A DNA stretch of 63,957 nt, filler included, from Octopus bimaculoides (Eukaryota), in assembly GCF_001194135.2 (NCBI RefSeq). It is 6 parts of 6 records of this genome, joined end to end, with 100 filler letters (N's around TTAATTAATTAA, not from the genome) between each part and the next. Parts side by side here need not be neighbours in the genome. Positions count along the whole stretch, not along the records: positions 1 to 29,900 come from NC_068981.1; 5 more parts are not named here. One strand, given 5' to 3'. This document shows, in pieces, positions 13,069 through 25,970 of this stretch; positions within the stretch are counted from its first letter, which is position 1; every line of letters starts with the position of its first letter. A program made the translations under genes and the position numbers. The notes beneath the pieces were generated by a model. The model was given only the letters and a program-made list of their open reading frames with translations, had not been told where the DNA came from and did no database searches.

Positions 13069-14148
13069 GTAAATTTTTCATTGATTTTTTATATTTTCTA
13101 ATCTAAAATAAATCATCCCTTTGTTTTATTTCATCCTAAATTATGTGAGTCATATGATGCTCTCTGTTATAATCAGATTTCCTTATTAATTCGGTGCTGC
13201 ATTTTTCTCCTTATCACTTGTTGTTCCCCGTCGGTTGACCTTCATACAGGACATTCATTGCTTTTAATAATAAAAGATAATAATAATCATCGACAGTGTA
13301 TGGATTAAGTTGGAATATCCCTTACAATTGCAGACTTTATACATACATTTAGTTAATCTTCAAATTATGAAATATATAATGATTTAGTTATTAACTTTTT
13401 CATTTCAGTTTCCTATGCATGGCGTATATTTGTAATGTTGTGTGGTGCGTTAAAAATAAATTGGATTTTAAAAAGTCGAAGGTTGCCCGTGGGACAGCCT
13501 TCGACCTTTTCTCCATCCCAGAGATATTGTGACCCAGTGTTCCAACTAGATAGATAGATATTAGTTACTTGTCATTAAATATGTCACTGAAAAAGAATGC
13601 ATTTATATACTTAAAAATATCACTGATATATTACACCTTATTTATCATTTGTTTCTTCGACTTATATATTTTATACTATTCCTATTTAATTAAACTTTGA
13701 GGTAATTAATGCATTTTAGTCGCTTTTACAAATGTAAAAAAATCCTACATATTCCTTATCGAGGTATTTGTTATTTCGTGTTTCGATTTTATTTGTTACC
13801 TTACGAAGTTAAACTAGTGCAACCGGAATACTGATAGAGAAGTAACTGAAGTATTTGACGGTTGAATTGAAAAACGCAGTTTTCAGTAACACGACTCAAT
13901 TAGTACGCAGTGAAATAAAGGCTAGATCCTATTTTAGAGCGTACTAAAAAAATTACGCAGTAGTTTTAAAGTAATTTTTAAAAATCGGACCCGAAATAAA
14001 ACGAAAAAACACGTTACTGGACGATACTATATTTTATCATTAGCGTACCCTATAAATACCTTGTGATATTACTTATATACTGAAACTTGATCCACTTGAA
14101 TTAACCCTTACCCTATAAATAAGTGACCTTGTGCCAATATAAAAACAA

Positions 14149-14185
<37 letters not shown>

Positions 14186-14643
14186 CATCAAAGAATGTAT
14201 ATATGCATTTTAATACTCGAACTGTTTTTTAACATCTTTTATTATTCTCAAAGACTTTTGATAATCTTTTTCTAAAAAAGTGAAACCGGTTCAGTAAATA
14301 AATATTTTTAAAAAATAAGTGCATTTTCAAACCTTCTTTCATATATATATATGTATATATATATATTGATAATAAGGAGAATGAAGAATTTCAACATTCA
14401 AACTTTGTTTATTTCCATTTGGTTTATTCATAACTGTCCGGCACATGTTTCGATCACACTAACTGCATATTGTTGCATATTCATATGCAGCGATTTATGC
14501 ATTATCAGTACAGTCTCTTCAGGGTATGTAAGTTATATAAGTATGACATTGTTCGAAGAGGAATTTTCCACCGCTATTAGTTTGAATTAGGCTTGGTACT
14601 AATAGTAGCAAACCATGACATTCTACGATGAGATGTTTTCCTC

Positions 14644-14713
<70 letters not shown>

Positions 14714-14717
<4 letters not shown>

Positions 14718-14936
14718 TCACCATCATCATCATTTAACGTCTGCTTTCCATGCTGGCATGGGTTGGACGATTTGACTGAGGACTGGTGAAACCGGATGGC
14801 AACACCAGGCTCCAATCTAATTTGGCAGAGTTTCTACAGCTGAATGCCCTTCCTAACGCCAACCACTCCGAGAGTGTAGTGGGTGCTTTTACGTGTCACC
14901 TGCACGAGGGCCAGTCAGGCGGTACTGGCAACGGCC
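14714..14936 (-). mobile_element. Stand-alone RTE 3'-UTR tail with (GAT)n
   Basis: Matches 22330-22509; similar copies at about 16990-17200, 19270-19525, 22940-23210, 26069-26330 and 29563-29890. Confidence 0.8.
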
Positions 14937-15515
14937 ATATATATAGCTAGTATACCTTTTTCTTATTTACTCCAGAAGGATTTTTTCCCTCAGTAAAATA
15001 CTTATATCTTTTGTTGAAATAGCCCATAAATTTATTGCTTGGTTAATCTACATAAATCTTAAATATTGATCAGAAACGAAAATTTATTTATCTTGTCAAG
15101 AGGAAAAGCAGTGTACATGACCCTCTTATGGGGTTTCAGAGAATGGTGAGAGGGTGGAAGGTATCCTGAAACTGGTCTGGGTGCTTGCAACAGAGTGTCC
15201 TGCTAAAGGCATCCAAGATGCTAGTGTTATACTGGGTGGTACATTAAGTCTATGATCTAAGTAGGCCACTGAAAGAATTGAACTCAGAATGCAGAAATCC
15301 ACAACAAATACTGCCATGCACCTGGTCCAACATTCTCACAGTTCCTCAGATCCATTGCCTTGGGTTGGTACTTTTATCAAACTCCAAAAGGATAAAAAGG
15401 CAAAGTTAATTTCATTGGGATTTGAACTCAAAATGCAAAGAGTGGAAATAAATAATGCAAAGTATTCTATCCACTGCTTAATGACTCTGCCATTTCACTG
15501 CCTTAATGCATTGCT

Positions 15516-16130
15516 GGGATCTATTTCAAAACGGGGGCACCAGTTTTCATTTATGTTTTATGTAGTGTTTTTGGTACCGAAAGACTTTCAAACTTCGTAT
15601 ATTATCTATTTTGTGTTATAGAACAGAAAAAAATTTTTGTATTCGAATTTATTTCATGTAAAAAATTGTCTTATTTCGATAATTTCTACTAATCACTGAC
15701 GTCTATTCAGTTGAAAACAGTTAGCGCTGTAACGGTGTATATCGTATTAATACCCTAACCCTAACTAGACTGTTAACCCTAACTCTAGAATCCGAACTCT
15801 AAAATTGTTACACACATAGATACGCACAGCGTAATTTATTATATAAACAATATATGCGTATAAATTACGATTAAACCGGATGAAATATGTCACAGGGAAT
15901 AACATTTTTATGACCGCCCAGCAGTAACTCTATTGAGCTGAATAGACGTCAATGATTGGTTGAAATTACAGAAATACGACAACTTTAACATGGAATAACT
16001 TGCGATGTACGTTTTTTTGTTAAGAAGACTAAGAGTAAAAGATGTTTTATATGACACATTCTACCAGTGTCCCAAGTTTCAAAGTGTTTCGTTTAGAAAA
16101 TACTGGTGCCCCCGTTTTGAAATAGATCCC
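15516..16130. mobile_element. 615-bp MITE with 29-bp perfect TIRs and a 6-bp TSD, in TUFM intron 1
   Basis: GGGATCTATTTCAAAACGGGGGCACCAGT and its reverse complement; ATTGCT at 15510-15515 and 16131-16136. Confidence 0.9.
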
Positions 16131-16783
16131 ATTGCTGTTTTTAGACCCTCCTAGACTAGGAGATGAGAATGTTTAAGTTAAACACTTGCAGATGAGTTGG
16201 AGGTATGGGCAACAAGAAAATTCCTGGGTTTAAAAGTTACTGTACAGGAAGGGTTGGCAAAATACATAATATAACTCCATGGGTGTGTGCTTAAAACACT
16301 TGCTTCCTAATCATTTAGTCTCAGGTTCAATCTTACTGTGTATCTATTATTATAGCCTTGTGAGTGATTATTCTGTCAACTGTAATGCTTATTTATTCAC
16401 GCTGTTTTGAATTTATCATGCATTATCTTCTAGCTTTGAGCTTTTGATGAGGTAACTGTTAATTTTTAGAATGACATGGTAGGGTTGGTGTGTGAGGCCA
16501 GATCTTGGTTATTTGAACATAAAACAGCTAGAATATTTTGGCTGGATAGGGCCGGTTTAAATGCTAAAGGATTAATCAAATAATAATGAATGAGAATAAA
16601 TTCTAAGACAAATTTCAAATATGAGAATGATGTCATCTTTGAATAGCTACTAAGTGAAAGAAAAGAACAGTTAGACAATTAAAAAATACTGTTTTGTTTT
16701 TGTATTTAACAGTTGTATATTTAAGATCCTATATTTAAACAAACTTCGTTTATTCATGTTTAATTTTGTTTTATATATTTTAG

Positions 16784-16839
16784 GCTCTTTTAAATCTACC
16801 TATCTTTCCTCAGCAAAATGCTTTACTGCACAATGTCAG
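16784..16839 (+). CDS. TUFM: TUFM exon 2 (presequence, GSFKSTYLSSAKCFTAQCQ)
   Basis: T-rich acceptor ending TTTTAG and GTCAGT donor; its 56 nt convert phase 1 to phase 0, linking exon 1 to exon 3 in frame without a stop. Confidence 0.7.
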
Positions 16840-17404
16840 GTCAGTATCTTTTATCAATAATTTTGATTACTAATAAATTTGATAATTCTAATTATTAATA
16901 GTAAAAAAATATTTTAAATGTACAATCCTAACCCTGCATACTATTTAATACAATTGGTTACATGTATTAATTTCTCCACATTACACCATACAATATGTCA
17001 TCCTCACTAGTGCCTGGTGATACAGAAGAAAAGCACCGTTTACACTCTGTAAAGTGGTTGGCATTAAGAAAAGCATCCATCCATAGAAACCAAGCCAAAG
17101 CAGACACTGGAGCATTATGGAGTCCTTGGCCTCATCAGATCCTGATAAACTGTCCAACCCATGCCAGCATGGAATATGGACATTAAACAATGATGAGGAT
17201 TTTTCACCACCCTACACCAAGCACTGTACAACACAATTTATTATTTGTTTACCTGTGATATTTTTACTGTACTCAGGTAAAATATGGTGCACTGTATCAT
17301 GTTTTTACATTACACCCCATATAAAACAACTGGGCTGCCAAATCTCCCTCAAATCACACCTTACTGTCTCAACCCTTTAGCATTTAAACCAGCCATCTGG
17401 TCCA

Positions 17405-17605
17405 AATATTTTACCTGTTCTAAGTTCAAACTGGCCAGATATTTTACCTGTTCTATGTTCAAACTGGCCAGATATTTTACCTGTTCTATGTTCAAACTGG
17501 CCAGATATTTTACCTGTTCTATGTTCAAGCTGGCCAGATATTTTACCTGTTCTATGTTCAAGCTGGCCAGATATTTTACCTGTTCTATGTTCAAACTGGC
17601 CAGAT
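17405..17605 (+). repeat. 33-bp minisatellite, about 6 units, inside a TTAA-type MITE
   Basis: Unit AAACTGGCCAGATATTTTACCTGTTCTATGTTC; a single-copy equivalent lies in reverse orientation at about 16495-16575. Confidence 0.9.
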
Positions 17606-18005
17606 CTCACTTCTCACAACTACCCTACAACGTCATTTTAAAAGTATACAATCACATCTTCAAAATCTCAAAGCTATGAGATTAATGAGAACGTGTCTGG
17701 TCATGGGGAATTATTCAATTTTTTGGAAACAAGTGAAGGATGGCAGCAGGAAGGCCATGCAGCCGTAGAAAATTCATCTCAACAAATTCCATCCAATCAT
17801 GCAAGCATGGAAAAGTGGATTTCAAAATGATGATAAATGATACCTTATAAAGAAGAGATGGTTATAGCTACCTTATAAAGAAGAGATGGTTATAGCTGGT
17901 GGGAATGCTTTTGATCATAGCTTTTGATCAATCAAAGCTGATATGGAGTTAAACAGTAGCAACAGGCTCAGAGGGATAAGAATTGATGTCCAACAGGATT
18001 TTAAC

Positions 18006-18196
18006 TCTTTTACTTGTTTCAGTCTTTTGACTGTGTGGAGCACCGCCTTTAGTCGAATCAAATCGGCCCCAGGACTTATTCTTTGGAAGCCTAGTACTTA
18101 TTCTATCAGTCTCTTTTGCCGAACTACTGAGTTTCGGGGACGTAAACACACCAGCATCGGTTGTCAAGCGATGTTGGGGGGACAAACACAAACACG

Positions 18197-18227
<31 letters not shown>

Positions 18228-18449
18228 GTACATATATACGACNNNNNNNNNNACACACACACACACATATATATGTACATATATACGACAAGCTTCTTTC
18301 AGTTTCCCTCTACCAAATCCACTCACAAGGCTTTGGTCGGCCCGAGGCTATAGTAGAAGACACTTACCCAAGATGCCACGTAGTGGGACTGAACCCAGAA
18401 CCATGTGGTTGGTAAGCAAGCTACTTACCACACAGCCACTCCTACGCCT
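18006..18449 (-). mobile_element. tRNA-derived CORE-type SINE with internal microsatellite (family A)
   Basis: A/B-box-like head TGGCTGTGTGG..GGTTCAGTCCC, CCTTGGGCAAG core, (TA/TG)n middle, GACTGAAACAAGTAAAAG tail. Confidence 0.8.
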
Positions 18450-18561
18450 CAGAATTTTAAAAATGATGTGACAATACTGCAAGGCATTTTGTCTGTGCTC
18501 TACAAATTCTATGCATATGTTAATTCCTGTTCTTTTTTCATCTGTTTCTGTTCTGTTTCAG

Positions 18562-18712
18562 AATGGACGATGGTTCTCTCAGACAGCTCGCTTCTTTGCT
18601 CAGCCTATGAGTCAGAAAAAAACTTTTGTACGCTCAAAACCTCACATGAATATTGGCACAATTGGTCATGTTGATCATGGGAAAACTACCCTTACTGCAG
18701 CCATTACTAAAG
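18562..18712 (+). CDS. TUFM: TUFM exon 3 (P-loop, [25 protein letters not shown])
   Basis: Canonical EF-Tu G1 motif; TTTCAG acceptor and GT donor. Confidence 0.97.
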
Positions 18713-20208
18713 GTCAAGATAAACCAAAAATTTCTATATTCATTCTCTTTTTTTTTTTTTTTACACACTGATCTTTTTTTATATAATGTATGTAGCAAAT
18801 ACTATATATTAAGTTGTAAGATTTTGGTAAGCTTGCTTCTTAACAATGTGGTTTTGAGTTCAGTCCTACTGTACAGAACCTTAAGCAGAGCTGGCCAAAA
18901 CCTTATGCGTGAATTTGGTTGACAGATACTGAAACAAGTCCATTGTGTGTGTGTTTTGTGTACCTTTGTCTTGACCTTACATAATGATTGTAAATGAGCA
19001 TCACCATTATACAAACAATGTTGTCTGTTTCCACTCTTCTGTGAAGAACATGTCTGGCCAGGGGGAAATATTACCTTACTTGGGAGTAGGTAAGGGCTGG
19101 TGACAGAAACAGCATCCACCTGTAAAACATCTATCTCAATAAATTCCGTCTGACCCATGCAAGCATGGAAATATGGACATTAGATGATGATGAGTGTATA
19201 ATCTATCAGCATATCGAAGGAGGGACCTGATGGGAAATATCCACTTTTTTTAAGATGGATGGAATTCATTGTGCGGGTGGCACATTAAATACACCATTTT
19301 GAGCGTGGCCGTTGCCAGTACCGCCTGACTGGCCTTCGTGCCGGTGGCACGTAAAAAGCACCCACTACACTCTCGGAGTGGTTGGCATTAGGAAGGGCAT
19401 CCAGCTGTAGAAACTCTGCCAAATCAGATTGGAGCCTGGTGTAGCCATCTGGTTTCACCAGTCCTCAGTCAAATTGTCCAACCCATGCTAGCATGGAAAG
19501 CGGACGTTAAACGACGATGATGATGTAGCTAGGAGGTTCTTGTGTCAGATATAATTGAAGTATTTAATGACGTTTATAACATCTATATTAGTTGAGACAA
19601 TGTTCTTCATGGCAAGGAACTATTGATGTGATTTACAGACAGTAAGAAACCACTGGTTTGTGGCTTGTCATTTATGTTGTATTCAGAGCTGGGCACCAAT
19701 TCACTGGTCCTCAGGAGAACCACAAAGAACAACAATACAACTACATCTGCTTTGATTGCTAACCTTTTTGTAGCCATATGCCGAATACACTATCTTTATG
19801 CTTCAATTAATTTTGAAAATAATCAAGCGTTTGGAGGGATTTAGTTTAAATAGCTTTGTCATTGTGTAGTGTTTATTCTCACTTAAAAAAGTGTATGTTA
19901 TGCTAGAACACACAATATTGCGATTGTCACCATGAGAGAAATTCACATATTGGCTTTTGGTGCATATAAGCACTCTTGTTTAAAAATTCCTTGAATAAAA
20001 TTATGATGATGAGGGTTTTAACTGAAATATGAACTCTTTGAAACAGGCAGCTATGTATTTTAAAAAACGGGAAATCTCAGTTGCTTTAGTATTAAAAAAA
20101 AGTGATATCTTGGGTCCTGTACTCTGAACCCTAATTTTTCTTAAATGATAAACATTATCACATATCAAAAACAACTGTATTTTCTTTTCTTTTTTTAATA
20201 TATTCTAG

Positions 20209-20375
20209 TTCTTTCCGTTGACAAAAATGCTATTTTCAAGAAATATGAGGAAATTGATAATGCACCTGAAGAGAAGTCTCGAGGAATCACCATTAACGCA
20301 GCTTGTATAGAATATCAAACAGAAAACCGTCACTATGGTCACGTTGATTGTCCTGGCCATGCAGATTATATCAAG
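20209..20375 (+). CDS. TUFM: TUFM exon 4 (switch [19 protein letters not shown]...[10 protein letters not shown])
   Basis: EF-Tu effector and DCPGH motifs; TTCTAG acceptor and GTAAG donor. Confidence 0.98.
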
Positions 20376-20474
20376 GTAAGCATATAGTTTACTCTATGAC
20401 ACCTGTTTGAAATTAACTTATCGTTTATTTTTTATTTTTTTATTATATTATGTAATTGTTGTCCCCTATGTATT

Positions 20475-22509
20475 CAAAACTTTGTGCAACATATGAAGAC
20501 AGGAAAAGCCTCTGGCCCATCAGGAATCACTGCTGGGATGCTTAAAACATCTAGTGGTGTGGGCTATGGTCTAGTCACCCATATTGTAAACCAGGTAGTT
20601 CATGATGGAGTCATACCCAATGACTGGCGTAGCAGCACCATAGTCAACTGCTACAAGGGTAAAAGTGATGCTTTAGATAGAAATAACTACAGGGGTATCA
20701 AACTGCTGGATCAGGTGATGAAGGTCACGGAGAGGGTCATAGCCCAACTAATTAAGGAGAGAGTCTGTTTAGATAAGATACAGTTCGGTTTTGTGCCAGG
20801 TAGAAGCACAACTAATGTTATATTCCTGGTACGGCAACTGCAGAAATACCTAGTCAAAGATAAACCCCTATATTTGGCTTTTGTGGACTTGGAGAAAGCC
20901 TCTGACAGGGTCCCCCAATCCCTTATCTGGTGGGCAATGCAGAAACTGGGGATTGACGAATAATTAATTAGGGCTGTACAGGCCCTATACAGAGATGCTG
21001 TTGGTAGGGTTAGGATTGGAAATGAGTATAGTGAAGAATTCCGGGTAGAAGTAGGGGTCCACCAAGGATCAGCCCTCAGCCTCCTCTTATTCATCATAGT
21101 CCTCCAGGCAATAACAGAGGAATTCAAGACAGGTTGCCCCTGGGAACTCCTCTATTCTGATGACCTGGCACTCATAGCAGAATCACTGCCAGAACTAGAG
21201 AGGAAACTTCAAATGTGGAAGCAAGGTTTAGAGTCGAAGGGCCTTAGAGCGAACCTAGCTAAAACCAAAGTTCTAGTAAGTAGGAAGACGAACACATCAC
21301 ACACCCCTTCAGGTAGGTGGCCCTGCTCGATCTGTAGAAAAGGTGTAGGTAGAAACTCCATAAGATGTACCCAATGTAAGCTATGGACACATAAGAGGTG
21401 CAGCAACATCAAAGGAAGATTAACCGGGAAGATAGCTTTCACATGCAGCAGATGTACAAGTGCAATAAACACCACAGATGCTCAGAAAACTGACTCTATC
21501 ACATGTCAGGTGGAGAAACTAGAAGTAGTTGATAGCTTGCAAAGTTCAGAAAGCTTCTAGCCCTACAGGTGACAAAGGGCCTCTCGCTCAGAGTGAAAGG
21601 TAGATTGTATGATGCATATGTGCGAACTGCCATGCTTCACAGCAGTGAAACATGGGCCGTGACTGCTGAAGACATGCGTAAGCTCAAAAGAAGTGAAGCT
21701 AGCATGATCCACTGGATGTGTAATGTCAGTGTACACACACGACAGAGTGTATGCACCCTGAGAAAAATGTTAGACATAAGAAGCATCAGATGTAGTGTGC
21801 AAGAGAGACATTTGCATTGGTATGGTCATGTACCACGGATGGATGAGGAGAGCTGTGTGAAGAAGTGCCACTCCCAAGCAGTGGAAGCAATCCAGGGTAG
21901 AGGGAGACCCAGGAAGACATGGGATGAGGTGGTGAAGCATGACCCTCGAATGTTGGGCCTCACAGAGGTAATGACAAAAGACCAAGACCTCTGGAGGCAT
22001 GCTGTGACTGAGAAGACCTGACAAATAAAGTGAGTCCCCAGCTGTAATCTACACCAGTGTCGCATAACCATCCCATTCAAAAGTACTTTGGATCGTAGGA
22101 TGACTTGCCGTGCTTGAGGAGACCTATTGAGTCAAGTACATCAACATCCGAAATATCAAAATCAAATCAAATGGAAATTGTAGTTGTGATCTCCATGCCA
22201 GTAGCACATAAAAAGCACCATCTGAACGTGGCCGATGCCAGTACCGCTTTGAATGGCTTCTGTGCCGGTGGCATATAAAAGGCACCATCTGATCGTGGTT
22301 GATGCCAGCTCCTCTGGCCCCTGTGCTGGTGGCACGTAAAAAGCACCCACTACACTCTCAGAGTGGTTGGTGTTAGGAAGGGCATCCAGCTGTAGAAACA
22401 CTGCCAGGTCAAATTGGGCCTGATGCAGCCTCCTGGCTTCCCGGACCCCAGTCAAACCGTCCAACCCATGCCAGCATGGAAAACGGACGTTAAACGATGA
22501 TTATGATGA
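20475..22509 (+). mobile_element. 5'-truncated RTE-clade LINE (RT with inserted PHD finger, 3' UTR, (GAT)n tail) in TUFM intron 4
   Basis: KTGKASGPSG, YRGIKLL, QFGFVPGRST, FVDLEKA, GVHQGSALS, LLYSDD, GRGRPRKTW; in-frame stop at 20961 and a deletion near 21545 indicate a dead copy. Confidence 0.92.
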
Positions 22510-23296
22510 ATTAAGGATAGAGTTTGGTTTTGTCATATCTGCTTGGCAGACATGACAAGCAGAGTTATGTACCTTGATGAGAGTTATAACTTCAGGTGCC
22601 AGATCAGTCCTGCATGTACAGACCTAAAGTCTTATCTGCATTTAATGTTTAATATAGAAGTCCATTTGAAGCTTTTACTGTTCTTAGGTGTTAGACTTGA
22701 CCTATCACTCTGTTTAACACTACCACCTGGCCTTTGGATGCCTTTTGCATTGTTCAAACTGTTGCTAGCAACTGAGTCAGGAGTCCTGCCTTGAAAAATG
22801 TCATGGGCACAACTCTTCACCTAATTATGTCAAAGAAAATTAAGTAACTTTAATAAAAATAAAAGATAAAATTTTTTAAATAGGTAAATCAATAAACTCT
22901 TTTTTTTGTCTTGCAAGTAGTTGATGACCCTATCAGTGCAGGTGCCACTTAAAAGCACTCAGTCCACACTGTAAACTGGTTGGTGTTCAGAAGGGCATCC
23001 AACTATAAAGACCTTGCCAAAACTGACCTCACTATGTAAAAAGCACTAAGTCCACTCTACTTAGTGGTTGGTGTTAGGAAGGGCATCCAGCTTAAAGATC
23101 CTACCAAAATAGTCACAGAAGTCTGGTGCAGGCTCTTATGAAACCGTCCCACCCATGCTAGCATGGAAGGCGGACGTTAAATGATTATGTTGTTGTTGTT
23201 GTTGTTGTAGCTATATTTTGTATATAATTACCATGTTGTATAATCCTACATATTGTCATCTGTTTCACAAATGTTTGGTTCATTTTTCTTCCACAG

Positions 23297-23401
23297 AACA
23301 TGATAACTGGCACTGCTCAGATGGATGGTGCTATCCTTGTAGTCGCTGCCACAGATGGTACTATGCCGCAGACACGGGAACATTTGCTTTTGGCCAAACA
23401 G
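23297..23401 (+). CDS. TUFM: TUFM exon 5 ([35 protein letters not shown])
   Basis: EF-Tu motif; CCACAG acceptor and GTTAGT donor; phase 0/0. Confidence 0.98.
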
Positions 23402-23702
23402 GTTAGTATTTCAGGTTTTTGTGTTGTGTGTGTGTGTGTGTGCATGTGTCTTTTGTAGCAATTTTTATGTTTTTATATTTTATTTCTACACTAAATATTT
23501 TTTTCTTCTAGGATTTAATTCTGGCTTTCCATTATACTAATCTATTAAAACTATAAAGATTATTATAAGAGACACCTATTAGACATAATCAATCAGGGTT
23601 TTTTTGTGGTGGTGGGGTGGGATTAATCCGGTATTTCATTTTAATCTATTCTTTCACTTCTTTCCTCAATTTTTCCTTGGCAATCTGTCCTGATTATTTG
23701 CT

Positions 23703-24090
23703 CTTTTACTTGTTTTAGTCATTTGACTGCGGCCATGCTGGAACACCGCCTATATAGTCAAGCAAATCGACCCCAGAGCTTATTTTTTGTAAGCCTAGTA
23801 CTTATTCTATCGGTCATTTTTGCCGAACTGCTAAGTTACAGGGACGTAAAGACACCAGCATCGGTTGTCAAGCGATGCTGGGGGGACGAACAGACACACA
23901 AACATACACACACACATACATATATGACAGGCTTCTTCTAGTTTCCGTCTATCAAATCCACTCACAAGGCTTTGGTCAGCCTGAGGCTATAATAGAAGAC
24001 ACTTGCCCAAAGTACCACGCAGTGGGACTGAACCCGGGACCATGTGGTTGGTAAGCAAGCTACTTACCACACACCCACTCCTGCGCCTAT
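23703..24090 (-). mobile_element. SINE family A copy
   Basis: Colinear similarity to 18006-18449. Confidence 0.8.
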
Positions 24091-24360
24091 TTCTTTACAA
24101 TTCTATATTCTCTTTCATCCTCCTCTTCTCAACTTGGAATGATTTAGTTTTACTTGAAAACAAATAAGGATCTGCACCAGGAGGAGCATCCAGCCATAGA
24201 AATCTTCCTTAAGAAGTCTCATCTAACCCATGACAGCATGATAAAAATGGTGATAAAAATAATGATGATGCTGATGAAAATTATGTGTGTGTGTGTTGTT
24301 TAAAACATTTTAACTAGTGATGATCTAAGTTTGCTTACAAAATTATCTTAAATCTTTCAG

Positions 24361-24429
24361 ATTGGCATTACCAAACTGGTTGTCTTCATCAACAAAGCTG
24401 ATGCCGCAGATGAAGAAATGTTGGAATTA
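24361..24429 (+). CDS. TUFM: TUFM exon 6 (IGITKLVVFINKADAADEEMLEL)
   Basis: NKxD guanine-binding motif; TTTCAG acceptor and GTAAGT donor. Confidence 0.97.
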
Positions 24430-25209
24430 GTAAGTATTTTTTTTTATAAATATATTCATGTTGCTTTTGCGGTTTAGCTCTTAATCAGCCTTGACCAAAG
24501 CCATTCTGGATGAAACCATCCCATTTCTTTGTATTTCTAAGATTATATTTACTAATATAGATGCTTCCGATCTAGTTTGGATTCTTTGCAATTAAATTTG
24601 ATTGCAAAGAATTCAAATTTGATGGCAAAGAATCCAAACTAGATCAAAAATATCTATATATCTTGTGGGGGTGGGAGTAAAATTTGGCTGCTATTTCAAG
24701 CAGGTTTTTCAGCTGCATAGAGAGACTCCCTCTTGTTGGTTGTGTTGTTATATGCAAATCAGCTTTGGTTTAACAGCCCTACATGCAAGGCGCATGGCCT
24801 GGTGGTTAAGGCTATTGCACTCACAATCACCAGATCATGGGTTTAGTTCCCTGACTGGGCAATGATTTGTGTTTTTGAGCAAAACACTTCGTTTTACATT
24901 GTTCCAGTCCCCTTTCAATCAATGGGGATTGATGGCCTGCTCGCCTATCCAGCAGGGTGGCGTTATTTGAAGGCTAAAATTATGCAAAAGCACATTGTGA
25001 CCAGTGATGAGTTACAACATCTGATTGCCTGGCTGATCACATGATCACGGGACATACAACTCAGTGACTGAGTCAGTCAAGAATTAAGTACTTTGTTTAT
25101 GTGGCTCAGTATGAGAGACAAGCTATGATCTGCTAACTTCTCACTTGTTACCTAGCATCCTATCAACTGGTGCCTCTCTTGGCCATAACAGAATTAAAAA
25201 GAAAAACAA

Positions 25210-25560
25210 AATCAGGTGGGTTAGTAGGCAGGCATGGGTTTGTGGTTAAGAAGCTTGCTTCCCAACCATGTGGTCTTGGTTTCAGTCCCATTGCACTGCA
25301 CCTTGAGCAATTATCTTCTATAGTGCTAGGCCAACTAAAGCCTTGTGAGTGCTAAGGTATATTCATGTCTTATCTGCCTGTTTATGTGTGTGTGTGTATG
25401 TTGGTGACCCTGTTAGTGCTGGTGTCACGTAAAAAGCACCCAGTACACTCTGTAGAGTGGTTGGCATTAGGAAGGGCATCCAGCCAGAGAAATCATGCTA
25501 AAACAGACAATGGAGCCTGGTGCAGCTTCTGTCAAGTCGTCTAACCCATCTCAGCTGTTT
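25210..25560 (+). mobile_element. SINE with family A head and RTE 3'-UTR tail
   Basis: Head and core as in family A, followed by GTCACGTAAAAAGCACCC...GGAAGGGCATCCAGC; a second copy lies at about 26565-26945. Confidence 0.7.
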
Positions 25561-25693
25561 ATGATATGAAAGACATTTAATCATTCAGATAAACATGCTC
25601 ACGATTGAGCCAGTCGGGGGAAACTGTTGCTCAGCCTACAAGAAATAGCAGCCAAATCTCCAACTCCACCTCTCCTCTATTTCTTTCATACAT

Positions 25694-25738
<45 letters not shown>

Positions 25739-25877
25739 CTGCTTCTGTCAATATTTAATCCTTTGATATTTGTTTAATTTGCTGTTCAACACCTGTCTGA
25801 AGATTATTCAATAATTTCTGTCACCATAATTCTTTAGTTTTTGTATTTATGTAATTTTTTTCCTTTTACACCTGTAG

Positions 25878-25970
25878 GTAGAGATGGAAGTTCGTGAATT
25901 ACTGAGTGAATTCGGATTTGATGGTGATGAAACCCCTGTAATAACTGGTTCTGCTCTTTCTGTCATTGAG
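25878..25970 (+). CDS. TUFM: TUFM exon 7 ([31 protein letters not shown])
   Basis: GSAL motif; CTGTAG acceptor and GTAGGT donor. Confidence 0.97.

Noticed and set aside
17361-17610. Repetitive ORFs (NIEQVKYLASL)n and a CRISPR-like appearance
   Set aside because: This is a plain 33-bp tandem repeat with no spacers, in eukaryotic intron DNA
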